A DNA stretch of 64,000 bases from Nitrospirota bacterium (GTDB lineage: Bacteria > Nitrospirota > Thermodesulfovibrionia > Thermodesulfovibrionales > Dissulfurispiraceae): positions 22,826 to 86,825 of the forward strand of contig CAVPZX010000007.1 in the NCBI GenBank assembly GCA_963710375.1, read 5' to 3'. Shown one piece after another: positions 61,490 to 64,000 of the stretch; position 1 is the stretch's first letter; the number at the start of each line of letters is the position of its first letter. The position numbers and the translations under genes were made by a program. The notes below the pieces were generated by a model that worked only from the letters and a program-made list of their open reading frames with translations, was not told the origin of the DNA and made no database searches.

Positions 61490-62727
61490 ATCTTTCCCTG
61501 TCCCTTTAAAATGCTTATAAGCAGCTTGACCATCTCTGCGTCAAAATCCCCCTTTTCCCTTGTCTCTTTCGTTATTAAATCCAGGACAGCATAAGCGGTC
61601 ATTGCCGGCTTGAACACTTTAGGAGTGACCAAGGCATCGTAACAGTCCACTATCGACATTATCCTGCCAAACGTTGAGACAGCTATGCCTTTGAGCCCGT
61701 AAGGATAGCCGTTTCCTGACAGCCTCTCATGGTGCTGCCGCACGGCATTTAACGTGTCGCCCGACAACCCCTTGCTCTGCAGCATCTGACTTCCATCTAT
61801 GACGTGGCGCTTCCATAAGGAAAACTCTTGATCTGTCAGTCGGTCCTTCTTGTTCAGTATTTCCGGGGGGAGGACCGTCTTGCCGATGTCATGCACCATG
61901 GCTGCCATAGCGAGCCTGTCCACATTCTCCAACCTCATGGCTACGGCCATGGCGGTCGCAAGCACAGCGACGTTGTTGGAGTGGTTATAAATGTGCCAGT
62001 CCCCTTTTGCACGCATAAGCAGGTCGCTTAGCGCAACTTCTTTCCGTTTCAGTACGCCGATGATCTGATTAGCCGAGTTGACCACTCCATCAGTTTTCTG
62101 CTGGCTGCCGGGGTCGGTCAGAAAGTCACGTACGCTCATTTTTACGCTTTCTTTGACTGTTGCTGCTTTGAGTTGGGGAGTTGCTGCTTTAGACGGCGCG
62201 GCAAGGAACGCGCGGTACAGCGGCATATCAGACACCTTTATGTAAATATCCCCGGGCGCCTTTTTTACTGATTCCGTAATAGTGGCGTCTTTGCCATCCA
62301 CGATTGAGACGATGGGGATGAACCGCATATTGTCAACGGTGAATATGCTGAATCCGACCTTGGAGCCCGCGGGAAAAAGTATACGGCTGACGTGGTGGTA
62401 AAGGGATTTGTCGTTGGAATAAGCAAAACTCCCGCCGTCTGCTTTGGCTGGAACCGCCGCCGGCTTTTCCTTATCGAGATACTGCTTGACCTTAGCAGCG
62501 TCCCCCTCTATGTACAGGAACACAGTGCCCTGTTTTTTAAAGTTATCCTTGGTCGTCTGATCGAACTTTGACCATTTTCGCAGCACACATGTGTAGCTTC
62601 CTGTCGGACTCTTGGTATAGACATCAAAGGGAACCATCAGGTCCAGGGGGAAACTGTCGATGCCCACAGGGACTTTCACTTTCTGCGCGGATGCTGCACC
62701 CGAAACAGGTCCGTTTTCTACTGCCAT
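61486..62727 (-). CDS. HD-GYP domain c-di-GMP phosphodiesterase-like protein
   Basis: MVHDIGKTVLP ... KRHVIDG ... HHERLSGNGYPYGL. N-terminal domain of unknown type. Confidence 0.85.
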   Translation of the reverse strand: MAVENGPVSGAASAQKVKVPVGIDSFPLDLMVPFDVYTKSPTGSYTCVLRKWSKFDQTTKDNFKKQGTVFLYIEGDAAKVKQYLDKEKPAAVPAKADGGSFAYSNDKSLYHHVSRILFPAGSKVGFSIFTVDNMRFIPIVSIVDGKDATITESVKKAPGDIYIKVSDMPLYRAFLAAPSKAATPQLKAATVKESVKMSVRDFLTDPGSQQKTDGVVNSANQIIGVLKRKEVALSDLLMRAKGDWHIYNHSNNVAVLATAMAVAMRLENVDRLAMAAMVHDIGKTVLPPEILNKKDRLTDQEFSLWKRHVIDGSQMLQSKGLSGDTLNAVRQHHERLSGNGYPYGLKGIAVSTFGRIMSIVDCYDALVTPKVFKPAMTAYAVLDLITKETREKGDFDAEMVKLLISILKGQGKI

Positions 62728-63131
62728 TAATTCTCCATGTCCTTTTTGCTTTTGCTAATGTGCCACAATTTCATGGCGTTACTATAGCACAATTCGGAGG
62801 CTTTGAAAATTACAAAGCGAAACATCCTGGCAGAACATAAAAAGGCTTATGTCCTAAGATTTGACGTAAAAAGTGCCGGATTCCCTAATTATCACGGGCA
62901 ATATAGACTGGGGCAGGTCCGACAAGAGCTTGGCAAATAGGCTGCTTGTATTGATATGTTCTCTTTTTTCCTGCTATTATAATTGATACTGAAAAACCAA
63001 TTTCAAATCAGCATATCAGTATTAGTCATTAATTGGTCATAAAGAATAAGAAGGTGTTCTAACCTTGAATATCTGGAGAAACCGGTCTGTTCGAATCAAT
63101 TGCGGCCCTATACATTGAAAGGGCATGATTT

Positions 63132-64000
63132 ATGATTTCAATCCCATCTTTCCACAATATCGAAAATATCTACTCAGGCGCCCATACCTCCATCTACCGC
63201 GCGGTGCGTGAAGCGGACAAGCTGCCTGTTATCATCAAGCTTCTGGACAAGGAGCATCCCACATCTGAGGAGCGTTCCCGGTTTCGGCGTGAGTATGAGA
63301 TGACGGTGAAGATGAACGGGGAGGGGGTAATCCAACTTTATGATTTACAAAAATACAAAAACAGTCTGCTGATGGTGGAGGAGGACTTTGGCGGCGAATC
63401 CCTGGCCAAGTTAGTTCCTGCAGTCACTTCTGATATCTCGGGACGCTTGACCCTGGCCGTCAAGATCACAGAATGCCTCGGCAGCATACATAAACAGCGT
63501 ATCATCCACAAGAACCTCAATCCTGCCAATATTATCTGGAACCCTCAGTCCGGCCTGGTGAAGATCATTGATTTCGGCATCGCCACGGAATTTAGCAGCG
63601 TGACTACTGCTGTCCTGAATCCCAGCGCCATGGAGGGGACGTTGGAGTACATCTCTCCTGAGCAGACAGGGAGGATGAACCGTGACCTGGATTACCGGAC
63701 GGATATGTATTCCCTAGGTGCGACCCTCTACGAGATCTTCACCGGGGAAGCGCCGTTCAAAAGCAGGGACCCTCTGGAACTGGTGCACTGTCATATCGCC
63801 ATGAGTCCCGCCGTACCTCACGAGTTGAACCCGCAGATTCCTCCTTTCCTTTCCGGCATCATCATGAAGCTGATGGCGAAAATGGCTGAGGAGCGCTACC
63901 AGAGCATATACGGTCTGAGAGCCGATCTTGAAAGATGCTGGGAATACATTAAGGCAGGAGGAGGAGTTGCAGAGGGATTTCATCTTGGCCGGGAGGATTT
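63132..64000 (+). CDS. N-terminal Ser/Thr-protein-kinase-like domain of a larger protein (continues beyond the window); probable pseudokinase
   Basis: My own translation: MISIPSFHNIENIYSGAHTSIYRAVREADKLPVIIKLL ... RIIHKNLNPANIIW ... IIDFGIAT ... GTLEYISPEQ. Open to the window end. The catalytic loop reads HKN rather than HRD/HKD. Confidence 0.8.
   Translation, partial: MISIPSFHNIENIYSGAHTSIYRAVREADKLPVIIKLLDKEHPTSEERSRFRREYEMTVKMNGEGVIQLYDLQKYKNSLLMVEEDFGGESLAKLVPAVTSDISGRLTLAVKITECLGSIHKQRIIHKNLNPANIIWNPQSGLVKIIDFGIATEFSSVTTAVLNPSAMEGTLEYISPEQTGRMNRDLDYRTDMYSLGATLYEIFTGEAPFKSRDPLELVHCHIAMSPAVPHELNPQIPPFLSGIIMKLMAKMAEERYQSIYGLRADLERCWEYIKAGGGVAEGFHLGRED

Noticed and set aside
63089-63097. 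tRNA T-loop-like gttcgaatc
   Set aside because: The flanking bases do not form a T-stem (gtctg versus caatt), and no acceptor or anticodon arms can be drawn.
1-64000. Prophage, integrative element, toxin-antitoxin or known defence system
   Set aside because: No integrase, transposase, recombinase, phage structural, restriction-modification, Cas, or other defence-type domains were recognised in any frame.

Overview
This is 64 kb of bacterial chromosome. By eye I found no rRNA, tRNA, CRISPR array, transposase, integrase or phage genes. All family calls come from motif recognition in the translated ORFs; no searches were run. The gene content includes a two-CW MerR regulator, a TAT-exported C_GCAxxG_C_C/CXXCH protein, DsrE, DUF4416, a DUF2064/GT2 pair, sigma-54 regulators, and GGDEF and HD-GYP proteins. 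This gives the impression of an anaerobic Nitrospirota- or Thermodesulfobacteriota-like organism, but that is only an impression. There are about 60 CDS. Housekeeping genes include clpC (split), priA, msrB, valS, nadC, purM, moeA, scpB and an iscR-tusA-nifS-nifU cluster. Accessory modules: (1) a MerR(two-CW)/TAT redox protein/small cytochrome c/DsrE cluster at 3.1-5.6 kb; (2) a DUF2844 + DUF3443 pair at 16.4-18.1 kb; (3) an M23 peptidase-bactofilin pair; (4) a histidine kinase and sigma-54 activator followed by a 1724-aa PilY1-like protein, four prepilin-type minor pilins and an Ig-like lipoprotein (34.0-45.4 kb); (5) two mirror-image heavy-metal-type RND efflux operons (46.9-59.3 kb, visibly GC-richer) next to an OmpR-type two-component system. 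The most unusual signals are as follows. First, a pervasive family of intergenic hairpin elements has arms made of tandem 6-8 nt words. Three copies sit on the start regions of lipoprotein genes and are apparently translated into their signal-peptide N-regions. Second, several core enzymes have degenerate catalytic motifs: PriA lacks Walker A/B and motif VI, the NifS-like protein lacks the PLP lysine, and the Ser/Thr kinase-like domain lacks the catalytic Asp. Third, the PilY1-first minor-pilin operon has a candidate sigma-54 promoter.
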